A stretch of DNA of 62,265 bases, filler included. It is 7 parts of 7 records of this genome, joined end to end, with 100 filler letters (N's around TTAATTAATTAA, not from the genome) between each part and the next. Parts side by side here need not be neighbours in the genome. Positions count along the whole stretch, not along the records: positions 48,481 to 53,547 come from SRR31156797_23015; positions 53,648 to 62,265 come from SRR31156797_23036; 5 more parts are not named here. The stretch is one strand, 5' to 3'. Position numbers and translations under genes: made by a program. Positions 53,380-62,265 of the stretch are shown here, piece after piece; position 1 is the stretch's first letter, and each line of letters begins with the position of its first letter. The notes beneath the pieces are model-generated. The model did not search any database and was not told where the DNA came from. It was given only the letters and a program-made list of their open reading frames with translations.

Positions 53380-53514
53380 ATGGAATACCCCCACATCCCA
53401 CAGCATTTCAGCAAAGAAAAACTCTTTGAACATTTTACTTTAACCCAAAATGAAAAATATAATCTGAAACAATGGCGAAAAGAACAAAATATACTTGGCC
53501 TTCCGATTCAGTGA
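53380..53514 (+). pseudogene. Tn3-family transposase N-terminal (DUF4158-like) fragment
   Basis: LFEHFTLTQNEKYNLKQWRKEQNILG resembles the HFTL...R...NRLGFA motif of Tn3 TnpA N-termini; stops after 44 aa. Confidence 0.55.
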
Positions 53515-53647
53515 ATATTTTATTCCGGTGCCATTCTAATTTTCGGANNNNNNNNNNNNNNNNNNNNNNNNNNNNNNNNNNNNNNNNNNNNTTAATTAAT
53601 TAANNNNNNNNNNNNNNNNNNNNNNNNNNNNNNNNNNNNNNNNNNNN

Positions 53648-54086
53648 TCTGTTTGGTCATGGAAGACATCTCTTCCAGAGAAGACGAGGTTTCCTCGATG
53701 GCGGCGGCTTGTTCGGATGCTCCTTCAGCCAGTTGTTGGCTGGCGGAAGAAATTTCATCCGATGCGGAAGAAACCTGTTCCGCCGATTCATTAAGACCGC
53801 CGATCCCATGGTTCAGCGGTTTGATCAGATGTCTGGTCATCAGCCCCAGGTTCAGAACAAAAACACCGATGCCGACGGGTAATGCCCAGGCGGTCATTGT
53901 CAAACTGTAGACCCCACCCAGCTTGTTCCATACGTAAATGGTCAGGATTAAAAGGGTGATTCCCGGAACCAAACCGGTCAAGAGTTTCGTGCTCAAATTT
54001 TTCCCCATGAAAAGAAAAAAGATCACACTGGCGATTGCCGCCCCAGCCACACCAACGCAAGCCACAAACAAAATTTCAGAAAACAT
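53648..54086 (-). CDS. Methyl-accepting chemotaxis protein, 3' truncated
   Basis: Three TM helices then SASQQLAEGASEQAAAIEETSSSLEEM. Confidence 0.88.
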
Positions 54087-54181
54087 TATGCCTTAACCTC
54101 CTTTTTTTGATGAGCCATTGACGAAAGTGATGGATCTTGTCTATATGTTGTATCCAAATGGCCGAAGCCGCCAAAAAAAAC

Positions 54182-54925
54182 CTATCTTGTGAGTTTTTCC
54201 TCCTTTCTTTTGACCAGCACGAGCCATGCCCCTTTTGGATCGTGGAGGGGCGAAAATAAGGCTTCCACCCCGATTTTCTCCTGGTTCCGATTTTTGAAAT
54301 AGATGGGAAATGTGCCGGAAGATTCGGGTTTATTCAATTCCAGCATTCGGAATTCATGAAGCAAAAACGCCAAGGAGTCCCGGTGGATCAATTCCTCTAC
54401 ACCCATTCCAAGAATTTCATGCACCTCGAGACCGCACAACTCCGCCCCGCCTCTGTTCCCTCCCAAAAAGTAAAAGTCCTTATACACAAAGGCAGGGATG
54501 GCGATCTGGTGGACTATCTGTATCCTCGGCAGATGTATCTTACGGAAATAGCCGCACTCGTGGCACTCCTTTGAGCAACCTGAAATTCCAAGACCTCTAC
54601 CGATGAAGCAGAGGCTCATACGTTTTTGGAAAATCAGACATTCTTTGCATCCATCCCCGTGGGGTGTTTCCCGGAAATAGTCCCAACAATGTCGGATGGT
54701 TTTGAAAACCCTGGCATGGGGGTCTTCGAAATAGAGTCCCTCGGGGACATCCCTTCCGGTTGATTCCAGATAGAATTTCAAATCCTTTATGGGTATGGCA
54801 TACTTTTTTCCCACCCTTTGTGCGTGAATCTTCCCGGATCGACACCAATACCCAACGGTGTTCCGGTTAACGCCGCATAGGTTTGCAACCTGCTGAACAG
54901 ATAAGCTTTTGTTGATTGGATTCAT
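54182..54925 (-). CDS. Excisionase-type HTH + Cys-rich + PAS-like regulator
   Basis: LSVQQVANLCGVNRNTVGYWCRSGKI HTH; seven-Cys cluster beginning CWDY; PAS-like C-terminus (ELCGLEVHEILG...LIH). Confidence 0.75.
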   Translation of the reverse strand: MNPINKSLSVQQVANLCGVNRNTVGYWCRSGKIHAQRVGKKYAIPIKDLKFYLESTGRDVPEGLYFEDPHARVFKTIRHCWDYFRETPHGDGCKECLIFQKRMSLCFIGRGLGISGCSKECHECGYFRKIHLPRIQIVHQIAIPAFVYKDFYFLGGNRGGAELCGLEVHEILGMGVEELIHRDSLAFLLHEFRMLELNKPESSGTFPIYFKNRNQEKIGVEALFSPLHDPKGAWLVLVKRKEEKLTR

Positions 54926-55170
54926 GTTTTGATTTGCCCTCCGTGTAAATCGTATCGGCCATTTTGCTCAAAAACTTTAATCAAAAAGTGATTTTTGAAA
55001 AGAAAAACGATCAATTTGAGCAAAAGACGTCACGGATGAGGTGTGAAGGATGCTTCAGTGGATGATGTTTTGACTCAGGTTTTCCGGGATGCTATGGTGA
55101 AAATAATCTGCATGGTATCCCGTTTTTTTGGAAGGCTGTGCCCACAACAGGTGAAAGAGTCTCCTGACCC

Positions 55171-56082
55171 GTGTCAAAAACATTGCCAAAAAAAACAAAA
55201 ACAGGCTCCGGATTGCTGCCCCATGCTTTGCTGCTGGTGCCGCCCCTGTGCTGGGGGGGGAACGCGGTGCTGGCGCGTGGGGTGGTGGATGTGGTCCCCC
55301 CTATTAGCCTGGCTTTCTGGCGGTGGGTTGCAGCGCTTGCCATTCTGCTCCCATTCACTTTCCGCCAGGTGAAGCGGGATTGGAAAATGGCCATGGCTTC
55401 CTGGCAATGGCTGCTGGTCCTCTCCTTTTTAGGGGTCTCCTGTTTCAATACAATGTTGTATACGGCGGCCCACACCACCACCGCCATCAATGTTTCACTG
55501 ATGCAGACCGCCATGCCGGCGATGATAATCCTCATATCGTGGGTTGTTTTCCAGGAGAAAATTTCATACGTCCAGTTGATGGGGGTCATGGTCTCCATGG
55601 CGGGAGCGTGCCTCATCGTGGTCCGTGGCCGGTTGCAGATTCTGCTGACCATGGAACTGGTGGAAGGTGATGTTCTGATGCTTTTTGCCGTGTTCATTTA
55701 TGCGCTTTATTCGGCGCTATTCAGAAAACGCCCGTCCATCCACCCCCTGAGTCTGCTGGTATTGACCTTCGGTTGGGGCGCCCTGATGCTGTTGCCCCTC
55801 TATATCTGGGAAGTGGTGGTGGTGGGGCCATTTTCCGTCAGCCTTGCTGCCCTCATGAGCATTTTGTACGTGGCGGTTTTTCCGTCCATTGTCGCTTATT
55901 TCTGCTGGAACCGGGGCATTGAACTGATCGGGGCCAATCGGGCTGGATTGTTCATGTATCTCATCCCGGTATTTGCTTCGGTGATGGCCATCCTTTTCCT
56001 GGGAGAGACGCTGTACCTGTATCATGGGATGGGCATGGCATTGATTCTTGTGGGGATGGTGATATTCAACCGCAGGGGCTGA
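55171..56082 (+). CDS. DMT/EamA family transporter
   Basis: About ten TM helices, two EamA repeats (WGGNAV, PISLAFWRW, LFLGETL). Confidence 0.9.
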   Translation: MSKTLPKKTKTGSGLLPHALLLVPPLCWGGNAVLARGVVDVVPPISLAFWRWVAALAILLPFTFRQVKRDWKMAMASWQWLLVLSFLGVSCFNTMLYTAAHTTTAINVSLMQTAMPAMIILISWVVFQEKISYVQLMGVMVSMAGACLIVVRGRLQILLTMELVEGDVLMLFAVFIYALYSALFRKRPSIHPLSLLVLTFGWGALMLLPLYIWEVVVVGPFSVSLAALMSILYVAVFPSIVAYFCWNRGIELIGANRAGLFMYLIPVFASVMAILFLGETLYLYHGMGMALILVGMVIFNRRG

Positions 56083-56156
56083 GCCGGTTTTTCCAAAACC
56101 GATCCGCCTCAGCCCCGAAAGGTTGTTGAAAGGTTAATCAAAAGGCCGTCTTGGGT

Positions 56157-57287
56157 TTATTCAATCACGTGGATATTCTTCTTGGCACACATGGTCTTGA
56201 GGACCTTCGGCCATACGGTGGCGCTGACTTCCCCCAGATGCGCCTTTTTGAGCAATGACATGAAGGTTCGGGATTGCCCGATGCCGCCGCCGATGCTCAG
56301 CGGGATGTCATTGTTCAGAACCGCCTGGTGGTAGGGCATTTCAAGGAAATCCATCTGGTTGGTAATTTCAAGCTGTTGCTTCAATGTCTCGGCGTTGACG
56401 CGGACCCCCATGGAGGTCAGCTCGTGACGGCGCTTTGTGACCGGGTTCCAGAGCAGAATGTCGCCGTTCAAGCCGTGCATGGGCCGACCATCCTCGCTCG
56501 TGGTTTCCGTGGCCCAGTCGTCGTAATCCGCGGCCCGCATTTCGTGGGGGTATCCGTCTGCAAGGGTCCAGCCGATGCCGTAAATAAAGATGGCTTTGAA
56601 TTCTTTGACGATTTCCGTCTCCCGCTGCTTGCGCGGCATGTCGGGATATCGGGCCAGGATGTCTTCGGCGTGCATGAAGGTGAGTTTTTCAGGCATGTCC
56701 ACGTATTTATCGGTTTTGAGCTGGGGGAAAATGCCTTGGAGATGGATTTCCGCTCCTTTCAGGACTTTCCATATTTTTTCAACCACAGTTTTTAGGAGTT
56801 GCAGGTTTCGCTGATCTTCGGTAATGGCCAGTTCCCAGTCCCACTGGTCCACATAGGCGCTGTGATCATGATCCAGGAAATAATCCTTCCTTATGGCGCG
56901 CATATCCGTAATGAGCCCTTCGCCTATTTTCATGCCGAACTGTTTCAGCGCCACCCGTTTCCATTTGGTAGCGGCCTGAACCACCTGGGCATCAATGGGG
57001 TTTTTATCGTGATCATTGGAGATATGAAACCCGATGGGGGTCCTGGAACCGTCCCGATCCAGATAATCATTTACCCCGCTGTCCACATCAACGATGAGGG
57101 GAACGGTCACCCGTATGAGATTCAATTCCTTGCACAGGTTTTCCTCGATGTAGTCTTTGGCAGCATAAAGGGCAAGTTGCGTTTCCCTGGGGTTCAGCAA
57201 AGAGGTATAGTCATCAGGTAAAATACTTTCGAGCTCATCATAATTGCCGATGCCGGGACCGGCCAGATCCGCTTTCTTGTCTTCCAT
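56157..57287 (-). CDS. asnA: Aspartate--ammonia ligase
   Basis: KWKR, HSAYVDQWDWE, RAADYDDW, LNGDI, SIGGGIGQSR, HLGEV. Confidence 0.93.
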   Translation of the reverse strand: MEDKKADLAGPGIGNYDELESILPDDYTSLLNPRETQLALYAAKDYIEENLCKELNLIRVTVPLIVDVDSGVNDYLDRDGSRTPIGFHISNDHDKNPIDAQVVQAATKWKRVALKQFGMKIGEGLITDMRAIRKDYFLDHDHSAYVDQWDWELAITEDQRNLQLLKTVVEKIWKVLKGAEIHLQGIFPQLKTDKYVDMPEKLTFMHAEDILARYPDMPRKQRETEIVKEFKAIFIYGIGWTLADGYPHEMRAADYDDWATETTSEDGRPMHGLNGDILLWNPVTKRRHELTSMGVRVNAETLKQQLEITNQMDFLEMPYHQAVLNNDIPLSIGGGIGQSRTFMSLLKKAHLGEVSATVWPKVLKTMCAKKNIHVIE

Positions 57288-57389
57288 CGATTTTCTCCTG
57301 TCTCAAGTTTTTTGGATGATGTTTCGAAGGGCAATATCACTAAATGACAAATTCGTCAATCCGTTAAAAAAACGCTTGGGTTGGAAACA

Positions 57390-58271
57390 TCATGAAGCAA
57401 GATGGAAACACCCTTGTTCGCCATGGACCATCCCTTTTTTTTCAAGCCATTGCAGGTGTTTTTTCATCATGGCACGTTCGGAGACGGAAAGGTCCCAGCC
57501 GGAGAGAATCCTCGGCGGGCCATAAATGATGCCGTGCTCCGTGACGGCTTCCAGGGTTTTTGGGGCATGGGCCAGAAATTCCAGAAGCTTTTCCTCGCGG
57601 TCATGGATTACCTTTGCATATCGGCGGATGTGTTCGGGGTTGCCTTCATGAATCCCCCGGCCATGGCTCGAAAGGTATACATCCGCATCAATGCGGGCCA
57701 GACCTTCCAGGGAATTAAGGGTATCTTCAATGCTGGAGTTTATATCGCCGTAATAGGGACCGGCTTTTACCAGGTCCAGATCCGCCGTAAAGAGAACCCG
57801 CTCTTCGGGAAAATGAAAGGCGCAGTGCCCGGGCGTATGGCCCGGGGTATGAATGACCCGGCAACGGGTGGTACCGAAGATCAGTTCGTCCCCGTTTTTT
57901 AAGAGGCGATCCGGGTCACGGGCTTCATAGTGGCACGATTCGGCGATAAATTTGCGCCAGCGGTTTCGTTCGGAAGGTGTGGGATCGTAGCAGTCAATGA
58001 GGTTGTCGATATCCCTGAACATGGGGGCATCGGCTTCATGGACCCACAGTTGCGCTTCGGGAAAGAGGTAATTGTAGATGAAATGGTCCTCATGACCATG
58101 ACTGTTAATGAGGATGCGAACGGGATTTTTACGGTTTAATGTTTTGAGAATATCTTTTTTGCTGGCAGGGTCAAGAAATGCTCCCCGGTCATCATCGATG
58201 AAAAGGGTGTGGCAATGGGGATATTTGCCGCCACGAATGAATTTGAGAGGACCTCTTTCAAAATCAAACAT
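57390..58271 (-). CDS. MBL-fold metallo-hydrolase
   Basis: SHGHEDH, HTPGHTPGH, ADLD, SSHG. Confidence 0.88.
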   Translation of the reverse strand: MFDFERGPLKFIRGGKYPHCHTLFIDDDRGAFLDPASKKDILKTLNRKNPVRILINSHGHEDHFIYNYLFPEAQLWVHEADAPMFRDIDNLIDCYDPTPSERNRWRKFIAESCHYEARDPDRLLKNGDELIFGTTRCRVIHTPGHTPGHCAFHFPEERVLFTADLDLVKAGPYYGDINSSIEDTLNSLEGLARIDADVYLSSHGRGIHEGNPEHIRRYAKVIHDREEKLLEFLAHAPKTLEAVTEHGIIYGPPRILSGWDLSVSERAMMKKHLQWLEKKGMVHGEQGCFHLAS

Positions 58272-58357
58272 TCACAAGTTTCCCGGGGGATTCCTTTTTT
58301 TGATGCACCACTTTGGTTTCAGGGCCGGAGATTTAAAATCTTCAGCCCTGAAAGATG

Positions 58358-58510
58358 CTATTTTTTATCTATGATATCAATTGGTTTAGGTTGTTTGTCG
58401 CCGACCTGGCAACTATTGCTCATTCATGTGGAAATGCCCATTTTGGGCAGAATATAGGCCTGTAACAGAACCCATACGGCAATGACCCCTAAAATAATCC
58501 AGATACTCAT
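58358..58510 (-). CDS. Candidate 50-aa membrane-anchored selenoprotein (Sec at UGA 58424-58426)
   Basis: MSIWIILGVIAVWVLLQAYILPKMGIST-U-MSNSCQVGDKQPKPIDIIDKK then TAG; SECIS-like hairpin GTTGCC-AGGTC-GGCGAC starts 10 nt after the UGA. Confidence 0.7.
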
Positions 58511-58604
58511 GTCTTTCCCTTTTTTTTGAGTGTTTGAGGTTTCCATCGGTTTGTATTTCCTTATTGTGAGCGGTTGCAGCGCACGGCTGCATTGATCATC
58601 CGGC

Positions 58605-58823
58605 TCACGAAAAACCGCCACCGGGCGAGCATGAACCGGAAGCCTGAGCACCACCCGGATCCAGGCTTGAGCCGGACCCGGCGGATGAAAAGACGGACAA
58701 TTGTTTTTCGCTTTCATTTCCCCCGCAGGTAGGGCAAGGACCCTTGTCTTCTCCGTTTGAACGAAAGCAGAGGGCTTCATAAAGATTTCCGCATTTTTTA
58801 CATTTGAATTCATATATGGGCAT
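58605..58823 (-). CDS. FmdB-family zinc-ribbon protein, possibly extended by Sec to 58596
   Basis: MPIYEFKCKKCG...CPTCG; GGGAGG RBS; ends CSPGGGFS-TGA-GCC-GGA-TGA. Confidence 0.88.
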   Translation of the reverse strand: MPIYEFKCKKCGNLYEALCFRSNGEDKGPCPTCGGNESEKQLSVFSSAGSGSSLDPGGAQASGSCSPGGGFS

Positions 58824-58951
58824 GGTTTTCCTCCCCGAATATGTCGATTATCTGAGACTAAAGAGTCCTAAACAAGAAAAAGGTTACTGTATATTTTTTA
58901 TTCCCAATCAAAATAATTCATATTTCGCAATCCGCAATCCGAATCCCGAAA

Positions 58952-59728
58952 TTAAACAATGGCGACCGGGCGAACCCATCCAGCGCTGGCATTTTTGATT
59001 TTAACCGGAAAACAGCACACCTTAAAACCGAAGGGTCGGGGAATGGCGGAAAGGTTGGCCATCTTTTCCATGTGGCAGTATCCGGTTTCAATGCCGGCAA
59101 AATGGGCTTCCCAGATGACGCCCGCATCATTTGTTTCCATGAATTCTTTTGCCAGAAAGGGGAGGGGCCTGTCCCAGCTCCAGGCGTCAATACCCACAAG
59201 CCTGATACCCTTTCCCGTGAGAAACAACGTGCTTTCCCTGTCCATGCCGGCACCCCTTGTGAGATATTTTTCGGTTCCCCATGCGTCATCGGCACCGGTT
59301 TGGATCAATACGATGTCAAGGGGTTTCAGATTATAGCCGATTCGGGCCAGTTCTTCCTGAACATCCTTTGCGGTAATTCTGTCGCCGTCGGTCTTGTGGC
59401 GGAAATCAAGGAGGACGCCGTCGTTGAAACACCATTCCAGGGGGATTTGGTCAATGGTCAATGCCGCCTTGCCCCGGTCCATGGTGGGGTGGTAGTGGTA
59501 AGGCGCATCCAGGTGGGTCCCCGAATGGGTGGTCAGGGTGATGTTCTCCAGGGCCCAGCCAAGCCCGCGGGGGAGGTCCTTTCGCTCCAGGCCGGGAAAA
59601 AACCGCTCCATCTGTGTGGCGCCCGCCTTGTGGTCCACATATTCCACTTGCGGAACCATCATGGGTGGGTCGCTGGGAAGATCCGGCTCAATGCTGATGC
59701 TCAGGTCAATGAATTGAGTTTGGTCCAT
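58952..59728 (-). CDS. Cyclase / kynurenine formamidase-like metal hydrolase
   Basis: FIDLS, HSGTHLDAPYH, VGIDAWSWD, CHMEKMANL; start MDQTQ after AGGAGG. Confidence 0.9.
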   Translation of the reverse strand: MDQTQFIDLSISIEPDLPSDPPMMVPQVEYVDHKAGATQMERFFPGLERKDLPRGLGWALENITLTTHSGTHLDAPYHYHPTMDRGKAALTIDQIPLEWCFNDGVLLDFRHKTDGDRITAKDVQEELARIGYNLKPLDIVLIQTGADDAWGTEKYLTRGAGMDRESTLFLTGKGIRLVGIDAWSWDRPLPFLAKEFMETNDAGVIWEAHFAGIETGYCHMEKMANLSAIPRPFGFKVCCFPVKIKNASAGWVRPVAIV

Positions 59729-59914
59729 GAAACCTCCTGTTTGTGGGTGGGAAAAATTTTTTGAATCTGGCACTTTTGACCCTGAATATGCTATAAGGCG
59801 GATGTTTCCGGTTCAGTATGAACGAAAACCCCTCTCAAATGTACCAAAAGAATATATAATATGCGCTTTCAAGTCAAGATTGGACAGGAGGATACGTCGC
59901 CCATGAGAGGTCAT

Positions 59915-60133
59915 ATGAAATATGCCATGCGGGTTTTGATGAACGGTGCAAAAGCCGCTGTTGTTGCCCTTTCCATCCTGGGGATGACCGTACCCCTCAT
60001 ATCCTGTGCGGATCTTCGAGAAGAGTTTGATCCCTCCCAATGGCATTACAGCCCGGTTCCCGATGCACCGCCCTCATGGGAAGAGGATTACGGTCGTCCG
60101 GATATGCGCAGTGGAGAAGAACCCTTTCAATAG
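59915..60133 (+). CDS. Small lipoprotein
   Basis: GAGAGG RBS, hydrophobic leader with lipobox LISC. Confidence 0.55.
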   Translation: MKYAMRVLMNGAKAAVVALSILGMTVPLISCADLREEFDPSQWHYSPVPDAPPSWEEDYGRPDMRSGEEPFQ

Positions 60134-60149
60134 TGGGTGTGGAGATTTG

Positions 60150-60932
60150 ATGCCCTTTTCGGCGACCAAACCGTATTCGAGGCTGGGTATTCTGCTCCTG
60201 GTTGTCTTTTTGGTTTTGGGGCAGGGATGCGCAAAGGCTTCCAGAAAGCCGGTTCGGCCGGTTACCCCAACCGAAACGATCCCCGCACTGACCGCTTACA
60301 CGGTTCAGGTGGGTGCTTTTCGGGTCCTGGACAACGCCGTAACCCTCACCCAATCTCTCGCAAAACGGGGTATGGATGCCTACTATTTTCGGACAAAACG
60401 GGGTTTGTTCAAGGTCCGTTTCGGCGATTTTTTTTCCTGGGTTGAGGCCCGCAGACATGCCGGTCATCTGGTTCGTGCCGGCGTCATTGATGATTATTAT
60501 GTGGTACCGCCCACCGCCCATGCGGTTGCACGCAATAAAGAAGAACCCGCACACCATGGGCTCAGAAATGAAATTGTGGCAACGGCCCACAGATTTGTCG
60601 GTCTTCCCTATCGGTGGGGAGGGACTTCGGCAAAGAGGGGATTTGACTGTAGCGGGTTGGTCAAGGCCGTCTATCATCTGAACGGCATTTCCCTGCCGCG
60701 TACCTCAAAGGAGCAGTATCGGGTCGGCAAATCCCTCCCTCAAAATGATCTCGCTGAAGGAGACCTGGTTTTTTTTGATATCACCGGAAATAATCGGGTC
60801 TCCCATGTGGGTATTTACGTGGGGGACGGGAAATTTATCCATGCACCCGGACGGGGGAAGACCATTCGCACGGATTCCCTTTCCAACACCTATTACGCGC
60901 CCCGCTACAAAGGGGGGCGGAGTTGCCTCTGA
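60150..60932 (+). CDS. SPOR + NlpC/P60 peptidoglycan endopeptidase (lipoprotein)
   Basis: YTVQVGAF SPOR domain; PYRWGG, GFDCSG, LPRTS, HVGIY, FIHA. Confidence 0.9.
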   Translation: MPFSATKPYSRLGILLLVVFLVLGQGCAKASRKPVRPVTPTETIPALTAYTVQVGAFRVLDNAVTLTQSLAKRGMDAYYFRTKRGLFKVRFGDFFSWVEARRHAGHLVRAGVIDDYYVVPPTAHAVARNKEEPAHHGLRNEIVATAHRFVGLPYRWGGTSAKRGFDCSGLVKAVYHLNGISLPRTSKEQYRVGKSLPQNDLAEGDLVFFDITGNNRVSHVGIYVGDGKFIHAPGRGKTIRTDSLSNTYYAPRYKGGRSCL

Positions 60933-60985
60933 TCAACGCGTCTCACTGACCGGCTGTTAAAGACGGTCTCAGTGTTCCAAAGCAT

Positions 60986-62122
60986 ATGATTCCGCTGAAA
61001 CGAAACGCCATGTACCGGTTCCTGATGGTGCTGACCATTAGTTCCACCGTGGGCTTGCAGGCCTGGATGACCCTGTTTAACAATTTCGCCGTGGAACAGG
61101 TGAACCTGAGCGGCGAACAGGTGGGAATGATTCAGTCGGTGCGGGAGATCCCCGGTTTTCTGACGCTTTTGGCGGTTTTTGTCATGATGATCATAAAGGA
61201 GCATCGGCTTTCCGCCATTTCAATCCTCTTTTTGGGGACAGGTCTTGCCCTTACGGGACTTTTTCCTTCCTATGCCGGGTTGATGGTTACCACCGTGGTG
61301 ATGAGTTTCGGGTTTCACTATTACGAGACCACCAACCAGTCCCTGACGCTTCAGTATTTTGATCAGCACACCAGCCCCATGGTTTTTGGAAAACTGCGCA
61401 GCATCGCAGCCGCATCCAATATCGGCATCGGTATCCTCATTTTTATCATTTCCAGCTTTCTGGATTTCAAGTCTATCTACCTGGTCATCGGCGGATTGGT
61501 CGTGGCGGCCGGCATGTGGGCTTTTACTCGGAATCCCGTGAACAAAAACATCGTTCCCCAGCACAAAAAAATGATCTTTCGCAAAAAGTACTGGCTCTAT
61601 TATTTCCTCACCTTCATGGCCGGCGCCAGGCGGCAGATTTTCATGGCTTTTGCGGTGTTGTTGCTGGTCAGGAAGTTCGGGTTTACGGTGCAGGAAGTAA
61701 CCGTTCTGTTTGTCGTCAATAATCTTATTAATTACTTTCTAAGTCCAATGGTGGGGAGATGTATCATCCGCTTTGGGGAGAGGAAAGTTCTGTCGCTTGA
61801 ATATTTCAGCTTGATTTTTATTTTTCTGGCCTATGCGGCCGTCGATTCCAAGATGCTGGTTTCCCTCCTTTACATACTGGATCATATCTTTTTCAATTTT
61901 GCCATTGCCATCAACACCTATTTCCAGAAAATTGCCGATCCTCAGGATATTGCATCGAGCATGTCCGTCGGATTTACCATCAATCACATTGCCGCAGTGG
62001 TGCTGCCCGCAGTTGGTGGTATGCTTTGGCTGGTGGACTATCGGATTCCATTCATTGCCGGTGCCGGGATGAGTCTGATCTCATTGACTTTGGTTCAAAT
62101 GATTCGAATACCGGCCAAATGA
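60986..62122 (+). CDS. MFS transporter
   Basis: About 12 TM helices; SVREIPGFL, GARRQIF, FTINHIAAV. Confidence 0.85.
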   Translation: MIPLKRNAMYRFLMVLTISSTVGLQAWMTLFNNFAVEQVNLSGEQVGMIQSVREIPGFLTLLAVFVMMIIKEHRLSAISILFLGTGLALTGLFPSYAGLMVTTVVMSFGFHYYETTNQSLTLQYFDQHTSPMVFGKLRSIAAASNIGIGILIFIISSFLDFKSIYLVIGGLVVAAGMWAFTRNPVNKNIVPQHKKMIFRKKYWLYYFLTFMAGARRQIFMAFAVLLLVRKFGFTVQEVTVLFVVNNLINYFLSPMVGRCIIRFGERKVLSLEYFSLIFIFLAYAAVDSKMLVSLLYILDHIFFNFAIAINTYFQKIADPQDIASSMSVGFTINHIAAVVLPAVGGMLWLVDYRIPFIAGAGMSLISLTLVQMIRIPAK

Positions 62123-62265
62123 TCGAATGCCGTCTATTTCATTCACTCCATTGTTTTTAAGAAAGAAAAAAACAGCCCCAATTTCAACCAACCGATCAAT
62201 TCCGAAACTCTCAAAGAAGTAAGGATTCGCACTTTGTATGAAGCGTTCGAAAAAGAAATCATCAA

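Noticed and set aside
5565-53647. Six repeated TTAATTAATTAA motifs within N runs, and ORFs containing X runs
   Set aside because: Artificial linkers; ORF ends running into them are not real.
58424-58813. 129-aa ORF in the track
   Set aside because: Its 5' part is an alternate frame of the FmdB gene; only the part from ATG 58510 looks real.

Overview
The window is a concatenation of seven unrelated contigs joined by artificial 100-bp spacers (N44-TTAATTAATTAA-N44), so gene neighbourhoods only mean something within a contig. Taxonomic labels are inferred from composition and gene content. (1) 1-5564, AT-rich: a three-gene Lamassu/ABC-three-component anti-phage operon that appears to sit inside an integron-like cassette (promoter, GTTAGGC core site, downstream attC-like hairpin). 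(2) 5665-19474, Bacteroidota-like: SprB-repeat protein, mlaEF, a two-component system, putative porin, amtB and an S41 peptidase. (3) 19575-27650, Desulfovibrio-like: a tRNA 3' end and a probable sigma54 operon of CBS-ACT protein, Liv-type ABC transporter and acyl-CoA ligase. (4) 27751-41576, Desulfobacterales-like: two PEP-CTERM-type proteins, a diguanylate cyclase, pbpC, alpha-2-macroglobulin and pyrG. (5) 41677-48380, Bacteroidota-like: a giant LRR/Ig surface protein and an RRM protein. (6) 48481-53547: a tightly coupled DUF2188-TIR-TIR-TIR-(TIR-SLOG) Thoeris-like operon with no visible effector, beside Tn3-like remnants. (7) 53648-62265, Desulfobacterota-like metabolic genes that include two adjacent candidate selenoprotein genes (in-frame UGA plus SECIS-like hairpins) not called in full by the ORF track. 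The best leads are the multi-TIR operon, the selenoprotein pair and the cassette-borne Lamassu system. All domain calls come from motif recognition; no database search was run.
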